A program made the position numbers and the translations under genes. 64,000 bases of DNA from Escherichia coli (GTDB lineage: Bacteria > Pseudomonadota > Gammaproteobacteria > Enterobacterales > Enterobacteriaceae), in the NCBI RefSeq assembly GCF_024298765.1, contig NZ_CP101210.1, one strand, 5' to 3'. Numbering within the stretch: position 1 is the first letter of the stretch; each line of letters begins with the position of its first letter. The notes beneath the pieces are model-generated. The model had not been told where the DNA came from. It searched no databases and was given only the letters and a program-made list of their open reading frames with translations. Shown here piece after piece: positions 1 through 10,438 of the stretch.

Positions 1-2398
1 AACGGCTAATTTCCATATAGCGCAACCAGTTAATTGCTGAACCCGCGGTCATATTGTCTTTCACCACCGCATCTGCGGTGTCTTTATCCAGCCGCAAGGT
101 CATTGGCCCGCTATTTGCCAGCCAGCCGTCTTTCACTATCCATTTTTCGTTGTTTAGCCATAACGGCAATGCACCACTAAATGCCCCGGACATGGCGAAT
201 TGTTTCGGATTGACGGCGCTAACCAGTTCGCTGGATGAGAGATTATTCAGCCGCAACAGCGCCGAGTCATGTTGCGGCATGCGTAATTGTTTCATCAGCA
301 CGTTACCGCCTAACACATCGACGCTAACATCAGTCAACAGCAATGGTTCGTCTTCACTCCACGGATAACGCCCTTGCAAATCAGCCGTAATATTTTTCGC
401 TGTCACCAGATTAATCACTTCGGCAATTCGCAACGTAACGGGGCCGCGAGTCCCCAGATGCCAGGCTCCATCGGCAAAACGGAAAGGCAGGACAAAATCG
501 ACACCGTTAACCTGATTATCTGGCATCCAGGCACTACCGCCTTTCAACACACCGTGCCCTCCCGCGCGGAATCCTTGTTCAGGCGCAGCTGAAAATGCAA
601 CCTGAGCATACAGTTCGCCATCGCGTAAGTTCATCTTCCAGTCGGGTGGCACCAGCGGCTGGAATACAGTCAGTGATTGTTTAGGCCACCAGGCGTTACC
701 GCGCAGACGAATACCGTCCCAGCGACCATTTACCCGAACCGGGCCAATCTCACCAGCATGTAAATCGCCTTTAAAGAGGAAATACGTCGGATCGCGCCCA
801 TCGACGCTAAATTTTAAGGTTGATGGCGGTAACACACTGCCGCCAGTGAACAGTGTTTGCCCGGCGTCCAGTGACAGCGCGCCGCTGAAGGAGGGATGCT
901 GTGCGTCACGTACCCAGACGACAGGCTTGTCGAGAATTAATCGCGGCTTTTCTACCGTCATCGTACCGTATTGTAACTGGTCGAAACCGGTGGAGAGATC
1001 GGTCAGCGTAATCGTGCTGTCATGCCACTCACCCTTTCCTGCGACATCCCAGGTGGCATTCATCGGTGTAAAACTGCCTTTTCCCCAGTAGCGCCACTGC
1101 CAGCGGCCAGCGTCAGGGAGAAAATCATTCGCCAGCCCATCCATATGCAGCACGAAATCGCCCAGTTCATTTTCATGCGCCTGCAAAATGGCCTGCAAAC
1201 GTCCGTCAACACCACGTTGGGTGACTTTTACACCCGCTAAAGGCCAGCGGATTTCATCGATGTCCAGCGAATCGATGACTCTTCCCTTCGAACGTAATAA
1301 CGCGCCTGGCTCAAAGGCCAGCGTTGGGTCAGTCAGACTTCCGCTTAGCTGCGCAGGTAAACGGGCATATAAAATGAGGTCCGCCTGTTTCGCTTCACCG
1401 GTCAGTTGCATAGGCAGCTGGCTGTTATCCATGCTTAATTTTCCTGGGCCAAAATTTAGCACCGCGTTGCCTTTACCCGCTTGCCCCTGGGTCAGCACAC
1501 TCAGTCGTCCGCTGACCAGAGCGTTCTCGAGCCCTGCCTGCCAGTTGTCGACTTTGACACCCAGTCGGCCACTCAAAGGAAAACCTGCATACGGCCAGCT
1601 CCAGCGACCATCGCTTACGGTCAATTGTTGACGAGTAATTTGCCACGGCAAATCGAGCAACGGATCGCCGTTATCCCGTGCCAGCACAATCAATTGCCCG
1701 CTATTTTCCTGCCAGTCCAGCTCGGCATCCACCAGTGACGGTTCCTGCGGCAAGTTTAACGTCGCAGTAGCATGGCCACTTACAGGAAGTCCATCCGGCA
1801 CTAGCGGCATAGTAAATTCCCCCACCAGTTTTACCGGCGGCTGATTTTCAAACGCGGCGACATCCAGTTCGCTGACTGTAAGTTGTTGCCCTTTAAGCTG
1901 GCCTTGAAATTTAACTTTTTCGCCCTGATAACGCAGTTGCTGGATATCAGAGGTTAACGCGAGAGAGAGTTTTCCCTGCCACTCCTGCCAGGGAGAAAAA
2001 ATCAGTTTATCGATATTGATCCAGGTGTTAGGCAACATGGCCTGCCACTGCGCGAGGGTTTTTGGAGCGGCAGGCGATTGCTCCGTCTGCGGCAATTTCG
2101 CCAGACAAGCAGAATCAAGTTCTACCGTGCCGACGTTCAATAACCAGCGGCTCGGATGTGAAAGGCTGGCGTTGGTGATATGCGCAAGCTGACAATCTCC
2201 CACCAGATAACGGAGATCGGGAATGATTAAACCTTTACGCGTAATGCGTGGGCTTTCATCTAATGCAATACGTGTCCCGAGCGGTAGCCAGATGCCCGCC
2301 AGCGTGGGAACCCACAAGCCGAGCGTCATCAGCAGCGTCAACGGCACAAGAATAATCAGTAATAACAGCGCGAGAACGGCTTTATATTTACCCAGCAT
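1..2398 (-). CDS. ydbH: YdbH-like large exported protein (AsmA-like), partial; 3' end lies beyond the window edge
   Basis: Reverse-strand start ATG at 2398..2396 reads MLGKYKAVLALLLLIIL (hydrophobic N-terminal anchor); no complete reverse ORF is listed in 1..2400, consistent with one long frame running off the edge; sits upstream of and divergent from ldhA as in K-12. Confidence 0.8.
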   Translation of the reverse strand, partial: MLGKYKAVLALLLLIILVPLTLLMTLGLWVPTLAGIWLPLGTRIALDESPRITRKGLIIPDLRYLVGDCQLAHITNASLSHPSRWLLNVGTVELDSACLAKLPQTEQSPAAPKTLAQWQAMLPNTWINIDKLIFSPWQEWQGKLSLALTSDIQQLRYQGEKVKFQGQLKGQQLTVSELDVAAFENQPPVKLVGEFTMPLVPDGLPVSGHATATLNLPQEPSLVDAELDWQENSGQLIVLARDNGDPLLDLPWQITRQQLTVSDGRWSWPYAGFPLSGRLGVKVDNWQAGLENALVSGRLSVLTQGQAGKGNAVLNFGPGKLSMDNSQLPMQLTGEAKQADLILYARLPAQLSGSLTDPTLAFEPGALLRSKGRVIDSLDIDEIRWPLAGVKVTQRGVDGRLQAILQAHENELGDFVLHMDGLANDFLPDAGRWQWRYWGKGSFTPMNATWDVAGKGEWHDSTITLTDLSTGFDQLQYGTMTVEKPRLILDKPVVWVRDAQHPSFSGALSLDAGQTLFTGGSVLPPSTLKFSVDGRDPTYFLFKGDLHAGEIGPVRVNGRWDGIRLRGNAWWPKQSLTVFQPLVPPDWKMNLRDGELYAQVAFSAAPEQGFRAGGHGVLKGGSAWMPDNQVNGVDFVLPFRFADGAWHLGTRGPVTLRIAEVINLVTAKNITADLQGRYPWSEDEPLLLTDVSVDVLGGNVLMKQLRMPQHDSALLRLNNLSSSELVSAVNPKQFAMSGAFSGALPLWLNNEKWIVKDGWLANSGPMTLRLDKDTADAVVKDNMTAGSAINWLRYMEISR

Positions 2399-2605
2399 GG
2401 GTAGTTAATATCCTGATTTAGCGAAAAATTAAGCATTCAATACGGGTATTGTGGCATGTTTAACCGTTCAGTTGAAGGTTGCGCCTACACTAAGCATAGT
2501 TGTTGATGAATTTTTCAATATCGCCATAGCTTTCAATTATATTTGAAATTTTGTAAAATATTTTTAGTAGCTTAAATGTGATTCAACATCACTGGAGAAA
2601 GTCTT

Positions 2606-3595
2606 ATGAAACTCGCCGTTTATAGCACAAAACAGTACGACAAGAAGTACCTGCAACAGGTGAACGAGTCCTTTGGCTTTGAGCTGGAATTTTTTGACTT
2701 TCTGCTGACGGAAAAAACCGCTAAAACTGCCAATGGCTGCGAAGCGGTATGTATTTTCGTAAACGATGACGGCAGCCGCCCGGTGCTGGAAGAGCTGAAA
2801 AAGCACGGCGTTAAATATATCGCCCTGCGCTGTGCCGGTTTCAATAACGTCGACCTTGACGCGGCAAAAGAACTGGGGCTGAAAGTAGTCCGTGTTCCAG
2901 CCTATGATCCAGAAGCCGTTGCTGAACACGCCATCGGTATGATGATGACGCTGAACCGTCGTATTCATCGCGCGTATCAGCGTACTCGTGACGCCAACTT
3001 CTCTCTGGAAGGTCTGACCGGCTTTACTATGTATGGAAAAACGGCAGGCGTTATCGGTACCGGTAAAATCGGTGTGGCGATGCTGCGCATTCTGAAAGGT
3101 TTTGGTATGCGTCTGCTGGCGTTCGATCCGTATCCAAGTGCGGCGGCACTGGAACTCGGTGTGGAGTATGTCGATCTGCCAACCCTGTTCTCTGAATCAG
3201 ACGTTATCTCTCTGCACTGCCCGCTGACACCGGAAAACTACCATCTGTTGAACGAAGCCGCCTTCGATCAGATGAAAAATGGCGTGATGATCGTCAATAC
3301 CAGTCGCGGTGCATTGATTGATTCTCAGGCGGCAATTGAAGCGCTGAAAAATCAGAAAATTGGTTCGTTGGGTATGGACGTGTATGAGAACGAACGCGAT
3401 CTGTTCTTTGAAGATAAATCCAACGACGTAATTCAGGATGACGTATTCCGTCGCCTGTCTGCCTGCCACAACGTGCTGTTTACCGGGCATCAGGCATTCC
3501 TGACAGCAGAAGCGCTGACCAGTATTTCTCAGACTACGCTGCAAAACTTAAGCAATCTGGAAAAAGGCGAAACCTGCCCGAACGAACTGGTTTAA
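2606..3595 (+). CDS. ldhA: Fermentative D-lactate dehydrogenase (D-2-hydroxyacid dehydrogenase family)
   Basis: 329-aa ORF; NAD-binding motif GVIGTGKIG; N-terminus MKLAVYSTKQYDKKYLQQVNE matches remembered LdhA. Confidence 0.97.
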   Translation: MKLAVYSTKQYDKKYLQQVNESFGFELEFFDFLLTEKTAKTANGCEAVCIFVNDDGSRPVLEELKKHGVKYIALRCAGFNNVDLDAAKELGLKVVRVPAYDPEAVAEHAIGMMMTLNRRIHRAYQRTRDANFSLEGLTGFTMYGKTAGVIGTGKIGVAMLRILKGFGMRLLAFDPYPSAAALELGVEYVDLPTLFSESDVISLHCPLTPENYHLLNEAAFDQMKNGVMIVNTSRGALIDSQAAIEALKNQKIGSLGMDVYENERDLFFEDKSNDVIQDDVFRRLSACHNVLFTGHQAFLTAEALTSISQTTLQNLSNLEKGETCPNELV

Positions 3596-3602
3596 TCTTG
3601 CC

Positions 3603-3625
3603 GCTCCCCTGCATTCCAGGGGAGC
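3603..3625 (+). terminator. Hairpin downstream of ldhA (9-bp perfect stem gctcccctg / caggggagc); weak T tract
   Basis: Inverted repeat read directly from sequence just 3' of the ldhA stop. Confidence 0.4.
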
Positions 3626-3705
3626 TTATTCAGATAATCCCCAAAGACCTTTCATCCTCTATTCTTAAAATAGTCCTGAATCAGAAACAGTAATTGAGAA
3701 CCACA

Positions 3706-4128
3706 ATGAAGAAAGTAGCCGCGCTTGTTGCGCTAAGCCTGCTGATGGCGGGATGTGTAAGTAGTGACAAAATTGCTGTAACGCCAGAACAGCTACAGCA
3801 TCATCGCTTTGTGCTGGAAAGCGTAAACGGTAAGCCCGTGACCAGCGATAAAAATCCGCCAGAAATCAGCTTTGGTGAAAAGATGATGATTTCCGGCAGC
3901 ATGTGTAACCGCTTTAGCGGTGAAGGCAAACTGTCTAATGGTGAACTGACCGCCAAAGGGCTGGCAATGACCCGTATGATGTGCGCTAACCCGCAGCTTA
4001 ATGAACTCGATAACACCATTAGCGAAATGCTGAAAGAAGGTGCACAAGTGGATCTGACCGCGAACCAGTTAACGCTGGCGACCGCGAAACAGACATTAAC
4101 TTATAAGCTGGCGGATTTAATGAATTAA
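3706..4128 (+). CDS. hslJ: Heat-shock lipoprotein HslJ
   Basis: ORF 3694..4128; start preferred at MKKVAALVALSLLMAGC (lipobox LMAGC), giving 140 aa. Confidence 0.9.
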   Translation: MKKVAALVALSLLMAGCVSSDKIAVTPEQLQHHRFVLESVNGKPVTSDKNPPEISFGEKMMISGSMCNRFSGEGKLSNGELTAKGLAMTRMMCANPQLNELDNTISEMLKEGAQVDLTANQLTLATAKQTLTYKLADLMN

Positions 4129-4391
4129 TAGCTGCCACAGCTCCCGGCGGCAAGTGACTGTTCGCTACAGCGTTTGCCGTTGGGTAATGCACACATCCCA
4201 ATCGCCGTACCATCCAGTTGGCGGGCAACAGAAAGCGAACCGCCGATCATTGCACAATTTGCTTCTCCACTACTGGACATCGACGCTTTTAAACCTGGCG
4301 CTACGTGCGCCGCAGTCGCCTGCTGAACAGGTTCACTACTACACGCCGACAACAATAAAGCGGCACACCCTACCCAAAACGCTGCTCGCAT
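4125..4391 (-). CDS. ydbJ: DUF333-type small lipoprotein YdbJ
   Basis: 88-aa ORF with lipoprotein signal (LLLSACSS); convergent with hslJ, 3' ends overlap by 4 nt. Confidence 0.85.
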   Translation of the reverse strand: MRAAFWVGCAALLLSACSSEPVQQATAAHVAPGLKASMSSSGEANCAMIGGSLSVARQLDGTAIGMCALPNGKRCSEQSLAAGSCGSY

Positions 4392-4664
4392 CTTTTCTTC
4401 CTCTGATCTTCAAGCCAAACGACACCGCCATAAATAATAGGCAGCACAGAGGGCGGCGTCGAGAGCTGTCCTGCGCGTTGCCCCGCATTTTTACTTTTTT
4501 ATGGCTATTTTTTTGCCCTCTGTTTGATCAAAACATTCATTACGCTAATGTGGGGGACACAAAAGCGAAAATGCAGAAGAAAGCCATTTGCTAAAATTGA
4601 ACGATTACTACTGGGCGCGCAGCAATTTCGTGCGCCCCTCATTTGCGCAATGTAAGGGTGTCAT

Positions 4665-7600
4665 ATGATTACTATTGACGGTAATGGCGCGGTTGCTTCG
4701 GTGGCGTTTCGCACCAGTGAAGTTATCGCCATCTACCCTATTACCCCCAGTTCCACGATGGCAGAACAGGCTGATGCATGGGCCGGAAACGGCTTGAAAA
4801 ACGTTTGGGGAGACACACCACGCGTGGTTGAAATGCAGTCGGAAGCGGGTGCTATCGCTACCGTGCATGGTGCTTTGCAAACTGGTGCCCTCTCAACATC
4901 GTTTACGTCATCGCAGGGTTTGCTGCTGATGATCCCAACGCTGTACAAACTGGCAGGCGAACTGACGCCGTTTGTCCTGCATGTTGCGGCACGTACCGTT
5001 GCCACACATGCACTCTCTATTTTTGGCGATCATTCCGACGTTATGGCGGTGCGCCAGACGGGTTGCGCGATGTTGTGTGCAGCAAGCGTCCAGGAAGCGC
5101 AAGACTTTGCTCTCATTTCGCACATCGCGACGCTGAAAAGCCGCGTGCCATTTATTCATTTCTTTGATGGTTTCCGCACATCTCACGAAATCAATAAAAT
5201 TGTCCCGCTGGCCGATGACACGATTCTTGAACTGATGCCGCAGGCAGAAATTGATGCTCATCGCGCCCGGGCACTCAACCCGGAACATCCGGTGATCCGC
5301 GGTACGTCCGCCAATCCTGACACTTATTTCCAGTCTCGCGAAGCCACCAACCCATGGTACAACGCAGTCTATGACCATGTTGAACAGGCGATGAATGATT
5401 TCGCTGCCGCGACAGGTCGTCAGTATCAGCCGTTTGAGTATTACGGGCATCCGCAAGCGGAACGGGTGATTATCCTGATGGGCTCAGCCATTGGCACATG
5501 TGAAGAAGTGGTTGATGAATTGCTGACCCGTGGCGAAAAAGTCGGCGTGCTGAAAGTTCGCCTGTACCGCCCCTTCTCCGCCAAACACTTGCTGCAAGCT
5601 CTGCCGGGATCCGTGCGCAACGTGGCGGTACTGGACAGAACCAAAGAGTCTGGTGCCCAGGCAGAACCGCTCTATCTGGATGTGATGACCGCACTGGCAG
5701 AAGCCTTTAATAATGGCGAGCGTGAAACCCTGCCCCGTGTCATTGGTGGGCGCTATGGTCTTTCATCCAAAGAATTTGGCCCGGACTGTGTACTGGCGGT
5801 ATTTGCCGAGCTCAACGCGGCTAAACCGAAAGCGCGCTTTACGGTTGGTATTTACGATGATGTAACCAATCTGTCACTGCCGTTGCCGGAAAACACCCTA
5901 CCAAACTCGGCGAAACTGGAAGCCTTGTTTTATGGCCTTGGTAGTGATGGCAGCGTTTCCGCGACCAAAAACAATATCAAGATTATCGGAAATTCCACGC
6001 CGTGGTACGCACAGGGCTATTTTGTTTACGACTCCAAAAAGGCGGGCGGCCTGACGGTTTCTCACCTTCGCGTGAGCGAACAGCCGATTCGTTCCGCTTA
6101 TCTCATTTCCCAGGCTGATTTTGTTGGCTGCCACCAGTTGCAGTTTATCGATAAATATCAGATGGCTGAGCGTTTAAAACCTGGCGGCATTTTCCTGCTT
6201 AACACGCCGTACAGCGCAGCTGAAGTGTGGTCGCGCTTGCCGCAGGAAGTTCAGGCCGTGCTAAACCAGAAAAAAGCGCGCTTCTATGTGATTAACGCGG
6301 CGAAAATCGCCCGCGAATGTGGCCTGGCGGCCCGTATTAATACCGTCATGCAGATGGCTTTTTTCCATCTGACGCAGATTCTGCCTGGCGATAGCGCCCT
6401 GGCAGAATTGCAGGGTGCGATTGCCAAAAGTTACAGTAGCAAAGGCCAGGATCTGGTGGAACGCAACTGGCAGGCTCTGGCGCTGGCACGTGAATCCGTA
6501 GAAGAAGTTCCGTTGCAGCCAGTTAATCCGCATAGCGCCAATCGACCGCCAGTGGTTTCCGATGCCGCTCCTGATTTCGTGAAAACCGTAACCGCTGCGA
6601 TGCTCGCCGGGCTTGGTGATGCCCTCCCCGTTTCGGCGCTGCCGCCAGACGGCACCTGGCCGATGGGCACCACGCGCTGGGAAAAACGCAATATCGCCGA
6701 AGAGATCCCCATCTGGAAAGAGGAACTCTGTACCCAATGTAACCACTGCGTCGCTGCTTGCCCACACTCAGCTATTCGCGCAAAAGTGGTACCGCCTGAA
6801 GCGATGGAAAACGCCCCTGCCAGCCTGCATTCGCTGGATGTGAAATCGCGTGATATGCGCGGGCAGAAATATGTCTTGCAGGTGGCTCCGGAAGATTGCA
6901 CCGGTTGTAACCTGTGCGTCGAAGTTTGCCCGGCGAAAGACCGTCAGAATCCAGAGATTAAAGCCATCAATATGATGTCTCGCCTGGAACATGTCGAAGA
7001 AGAGAAAATCAATTACGATTTCTTCCTCAACCTCCCAGAAATCGACCGTAGCAAACTGGAACGTATTGATATTCGTACATCGCAGCTGATTACACCGCTG
7101 TTTGAATATTCAGGTGCTTGCTCCGGTTGTGGCGAGACGCCGTATATTAAATTGCTGACTCAGCTCTATGGTGACCGGATGTTGATCGCTAACGCCACCG
7201 GCTGTTCTTCAATTTATGGCGGTAACCTGCCCTCTACACCGTATACCACCGATGCCAACGGTCGTGGACCGGCATGGGCGAACTCGCTATTTGAAGATAA
7301 CGCCGAATTTGGCCTTGGTTTCCGCCTGACGGTCGATCAACACCGTGTCCGCGTGCTGCGTCTGCTGGATCAATTTGCCGATAAAATCCCGGCGGAATTA
7401 CTAACTGCGTTGAAATCAGACGCCAAGCCAGAGGTTCGTCGTGAACAGGTTGCAGCTTTACGCCAGCAACTCAAAGATGTTGCCGAAGCACATGAACTGC
7501 TACGTGACGCAGATGCACTGGTAGAAAAATCAATCTGGCTGATTGGTGGTGATGGCTGGGCTTACGATATCGGCTTTGGCGGTCTGGATCATGTATTGAG

Positions 7601-8189
7601 TTTGACGGAAAACGTCAACATTCTGGTGCTGGATACGCAATGCTATTCCAACACCGGTGGTCAGGCGTCGAAAGCGACACCGCTGGGTGCAGTAACTAAG
7701 TTCGGCGAGCACGGCAAACGTAAAGCGCGTAAAGATCTTGGCGTCAGCATGATGATGTACGGTCATGTTTATGTGGCGCAGATTTCTCTCGGCGCGCAGC
7801 TCAACCAGACGGTGAAAGCGATTCAGGAAGCGGAAGCGTATCCGGGGCCATCGCTGATCATCGCTTATAGCCCCTGTGAAGAGCATGGTTACGATCTGGC
7901 ACTCAGTCACGACCAGATGCGCCAACTCACTGCCACCGGCTTCTGGCCGCTATATCGCTTCGATCCACGTCGAGCCGATGAAGGCAAACTGCCGCTGGCA
8001 CTGGATTCACGCCCGCCGTCAGAAGCACTGGAAGAAACGTTACTTCACGAGCAGCGTTTCCGTCGTCTGAATTCGCAGCAGCCAGAAGTGGCAGAACAGT
8101 TATGGAAAGATGCTGCAGCTGATTTGCAAAAACGCTATGACTTCCTGGCACAAATGGCCGGAAAAGCGGAAAAAAGCAACACCGATTAA
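4665..8189 (+). CDS. ydbK: Pyruvate:flavodoxin/ferredoxin oxidoreductase (PFOR)
   Basis: 1174-aa ORF; two 4Fe-4S ferredoxin motifs (CTQCNHCVAACP, CTGCNLCVEVCP); TPP-binding region GGDGW. Confidence 0.97.
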   Translation: MITIDGNGAVASVAFRTSEVIAIYPITPSSTMAEQADAWAGNGLKNVWGDTPRVVEMQSEAGAIATVHGALQTGALSTSFTSSQGLLLMIPTLYKLAGELTPFVLHVAARTVATHALSIFGDHSDVMAVRQTGCAMLCAASVQEAQDFALISHIATLKSRVPFIHFFDGFRTSHEINKIVPLADDTILELMPQAEIDAHRARALNPEHPVIRGTSANPDTYFQSREATNPWYNAVYDHVEQAMNDFAAATGRQYQPFEYYGHPQAERVIILMGSAIGTCEEVVDELLTRGEKVGVLKVRLYRPFSAKHLLQALPGSVRNVAVLDRTKESGAQAEPLYLDVMTALAEAFNNGERETLPRVIGGRYGLSSKEFGPDCVLAVFAELNAAKPKARFTVGIYDDVTNLSLPLPENTLPNSAKLEALFYGLGSDGSVSATKNNIKIIGNSTPWYAQGYFVYDSKKAGGLTVSHLRVSEQPIRSAYLISQADFVGCHQLQFIDKYQMAERLKPGGIFLLNTPYSAAEVWSRLPQEVQAVLNQKKARFYVINAAKIARECGLAARINTVMQMAFFHLTQILPGDSALAELQGAIAKSYSSKGQDLVERNWQALALARESVEEVPLQPVNPHSANRPPVVSDAAPDFVKTVTAAMLAGLGDALPVSALPPDGTWPMGTTRWEKRNIAEEIPIWKEELCTQCNHCVAACPHSAIRAKVVPPEAMENAPASLHSLDVKSRDMRGQKYVLQVAPEDCTGCNLCVEVCPAKDRQNPEIKAINMMSRLEHVEEEKINYDFFLNLPEIDRSKLERIDIRTSQLITPLFEYSGACSGCGETPYIKLLTQLYGDRMLIANATGCSSIYGGNLPSTPYTTDANGRGPAWANSLFEDNAEFGLGFRLTVDQHRVRVLRLLDQFADKIPAELLTALKSDAKPEVRREQVAALRQQLKDVAEAHELLRDADALVEKSIWLIGGDGWAYDIGFGGLDHVLSLTENVNILVLDTQCYSNTGGQASKATPLGAVTKFGEHGKRKARKDLGVSMMMYGHVYVAQISLGAQLNQTVKAIQEAEAYPGPSLIIAYSPCEEHGYDLALSHDQMRQLTATGFWPLYRFDPRRADEGKLPLALDSRPPSEALEETLLHEQRFRRLNSQQPEVAEQLWKDAAADLQKRYDFLAQMAGKAEKSNTD

Positions 8190-8216
8190 ATGCACTGGAT
8201 AAGGATTATCCAATTC

Positions 8217-8255
8217 TAAAAAAAAGCCCGGACGACTGTTCGGGCTTGTCTTTTT
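8217..8255. terminator. Bidirectional intrinsic terminator shared by convergent ydbK (+) and micC (-)
   Basis: GC-rich hairpin (aagcccg ... cgggctt) flanked by an A run on one side and a T run on the other. Confidence 0.75.
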
Positions 8256-8327
8256 ATATGTTGGAAAATCAGTAGCAATGCAATGGCCCAACAGAAAATA
8301 AAATCTGTGACAATAAAGGCATATAAC
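8218..8327 (-). ncRNA. micC: MicC sRNA (Hfq-dependent repressor of ompC/ompD)
   Basis: Reverse complement reads GTTATATGCCTTTATTGTCACAGATTTTATTTTCTGTTGGGCCATTGCATTGCTACTGATTTTCCAACATATAAAAAGACAAGCCCGAACAGTCGTCCGGGCTTTTTTT, matching remembered MicC with about one mismatch; located between ydbK and ompN. Confidence 0.9.
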
Positions 8328-8554
8328 CCGCGCAGAATAACGTATAGCAAATTAAAAGTATAATTTTTATTTTGTATGTATTATCTTCAATACATTCACC
8401 AGACTTATTATCATTTCCGTAGAATTATTTGATTAAGGTTTTACTTAAGGCGTAACAAATGATATTTATCGGCTAACTGAACTTCTCCTTTAGGATGTTT
8501 TCACTCCCCGAAATGGGGATAAAAGGCAAATAAAATAACTAAAGGATTTATTCA

Positions 8555-9688
8555 ATGAAAAGCAAAGTACTGGCACTTTTAATTCCTGCCCTGCTCGCCG
8601 CAGGTGCTGCACATGCAGCCGAAGTTTATAATAAAGACGGCAACAAATTAGATCTGTATGGCAAAGTTGATGGCCTGCATTATTTTTCTGATAATTCAGC
8701 GAAAGATGGCGACCAGAGCTATGCGCGTCTGGGTTTTAAAGGCGAAACCCAAATTAACGATCAACTCACTGGCTACGGTCAATGGGAATACAATATTCAG
8801 GCAAACAACACTGAATCTTCAACAAACCAGTCATGGACCCGTCTGGCATTTGCCGGACTGAAATTTGCAGATTACGGTTCTTTCGATTACGGACGTAATT
8901 ATGGCGTAATGTACGACATCGAAGGCTGGACCGATATGCTGCCTGAATTTGGCGGTGACTCTTATACCAATGCAGACAACTTTATGACTGGTCGTGCCAA
9001 CGGCGTCGCGACTTATCGTAATACTGATTTCTTCGGTCTGGTAAATGGTCTGAACTTCGCGGTGCAGTATCAAGGTAACAACGAAGGAGCCAGTAATGGT
9101 CAGGAAGGCACCAACAACGGACGTGATGTTCGCCATGAAAACGGTGACGGCTGGGGTCTTTCCACAACATATGATTTAGGCATGGGCTTTAGCGCTGGTG
9201 CGGCATACACCTCTTCTGACCGCACCAATGACCAGGTTAACCATACTGCGGCGGGTGGTGATAAAGCAGACGCGTGGACTGCTGGGCTAAAATACGATGC
9301 TAACAATATTTACCTGGCAACCATGTATTCAGAAACGCGTAACATGACCCCGTTTGGCGACAGCGATTATGCAGTTGCGAACAAAACCCAGAACTTTGAA
9401 GTTACTGCACAGTACCAGTTTGATTTTGGTCTGCGTCCGGCAGTCTCTTTCCTGATGTCTAAAGGCCGTGACCTGCACGCTGCCGGTGGTGCAGACAACC
9501 CGGCAGGTGTTGATGATAAAGATCTGGTTAAATACGCCGATGTTGGCGCGACTTACTATTTCAATAAAAACATGTCCACTTATGTTGACTATAAAATCAA
9601 CCTGTTGGATGAAGATGACAGCTTCTACGCTGCCAACGGCATCTCTACCGATGATATTGTCGCTTTAGGTCTGGTTTATCAGTTCTAA
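8555..9688 (+). CDS. ompN: Outer membrane porin OmpN (OmpC/OmpF family)
   Basis: 377-aa ORF; signal peptide [21 protein letters not shown]; C-terminal porin signature ending YQF. Confidence 0.95.
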   Translation: MKSKVLALLIPALLAAGAAHAAEVYNKDGNKLDLYGKVDGLHYFSDNSAKDGDQSYARLGFKGETQINDQLTGYGQWEYNIQANNTESSTNQSWTRLAFAGLKFADYGSFDYGRNYGVMYDIEGWTDMLPEFGGDSYTNADNFMTGRANGVATYRNTDFFGLVNGLNFAVQYQGNNEGASNGQEGTNNGRDVRHENGDGWGLSTTYDLGMGFSAGAAYTSSDRTNDQVNHTAAGGDKADAWTAGLKYDANNIYLATMYSETRNMTPFGDSDYAVANKTQNFEVTAQYQFDFGLRPAVSFLMSKGRDLHAAGGADNPAGVDDKDLVKYADVGATYYFNKNMSTYVDYKINLLDEDDSFYAANGISTDDIVALGLVYQF

Positions 9689-9694
9689 ATCCTC

Positions 9695-9720
9695 CTGCCC
9701 GCTGTTATGGCGGGCTTTTT
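9695..9720 (+). terminator. Intrinsic terminator after ompN
   Basis: Hairpin ctgcccgc / ggcgggc followed by TTTTT. Confidence 0.7.
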
Positions 9721-9747
9721 CTGCTTATTCTTCCTCCTTTGATCTAA

Positions 9748-10263
<516 letters not shown>

Positions 10264-10270
10264 CACTAAC

Positions 10271-10295
10271 GCCCGCACATTGCTGCGGGCTTTTT
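10271..10295 (+). terminator. Intrinsic terminator after uspF
   Basis: Hairpin gcccgca / tgcgggc followed by TTTTT. Confidence 0.7.
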
Positions 10296-10438
10296 GATTC
10301 ATTTCGCAAATGTGCTGACATTTTCCCCTCTAATCCGTACCATACACGCCACAGTTTTTATATCAGATTTCTTATGCTGGGCGTTCCGGCATGACGCATA
10401 CTCTTCTGATGCCATATAACGAATTGAGTCGCTTTTAA

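Noticed and set aside
54-2408. Several 60-150-aa plus-strand ORFs within 1..2400
   Set aside because: All lie antisense inside the long ydbH reading frame on the minus strand; they are low-complexity and lack start context, typical spurious antisense frames.
2564-2968. 134-aa minus-strand ORF overlapping the ldhA start
   Set aside because: Antisense to the well-supported ldhA coding sequence and promoter.
4154-4594. 146-aa plus-strand ORF upstream of ydbK
   Set aside because: Antisense to ydbJ and running through the ydbK promoter; basic, low-complexity composition.
4590-4664. GC-rich inverted repeat (gggcgcgcagcaatttcgtgcgcccc) just upstream of the ydbK start
   Set aside because: Could be a 5'-UTR structure, but the dyad is imperfect and there is no T tract; not enough to call an attenuator or operator.
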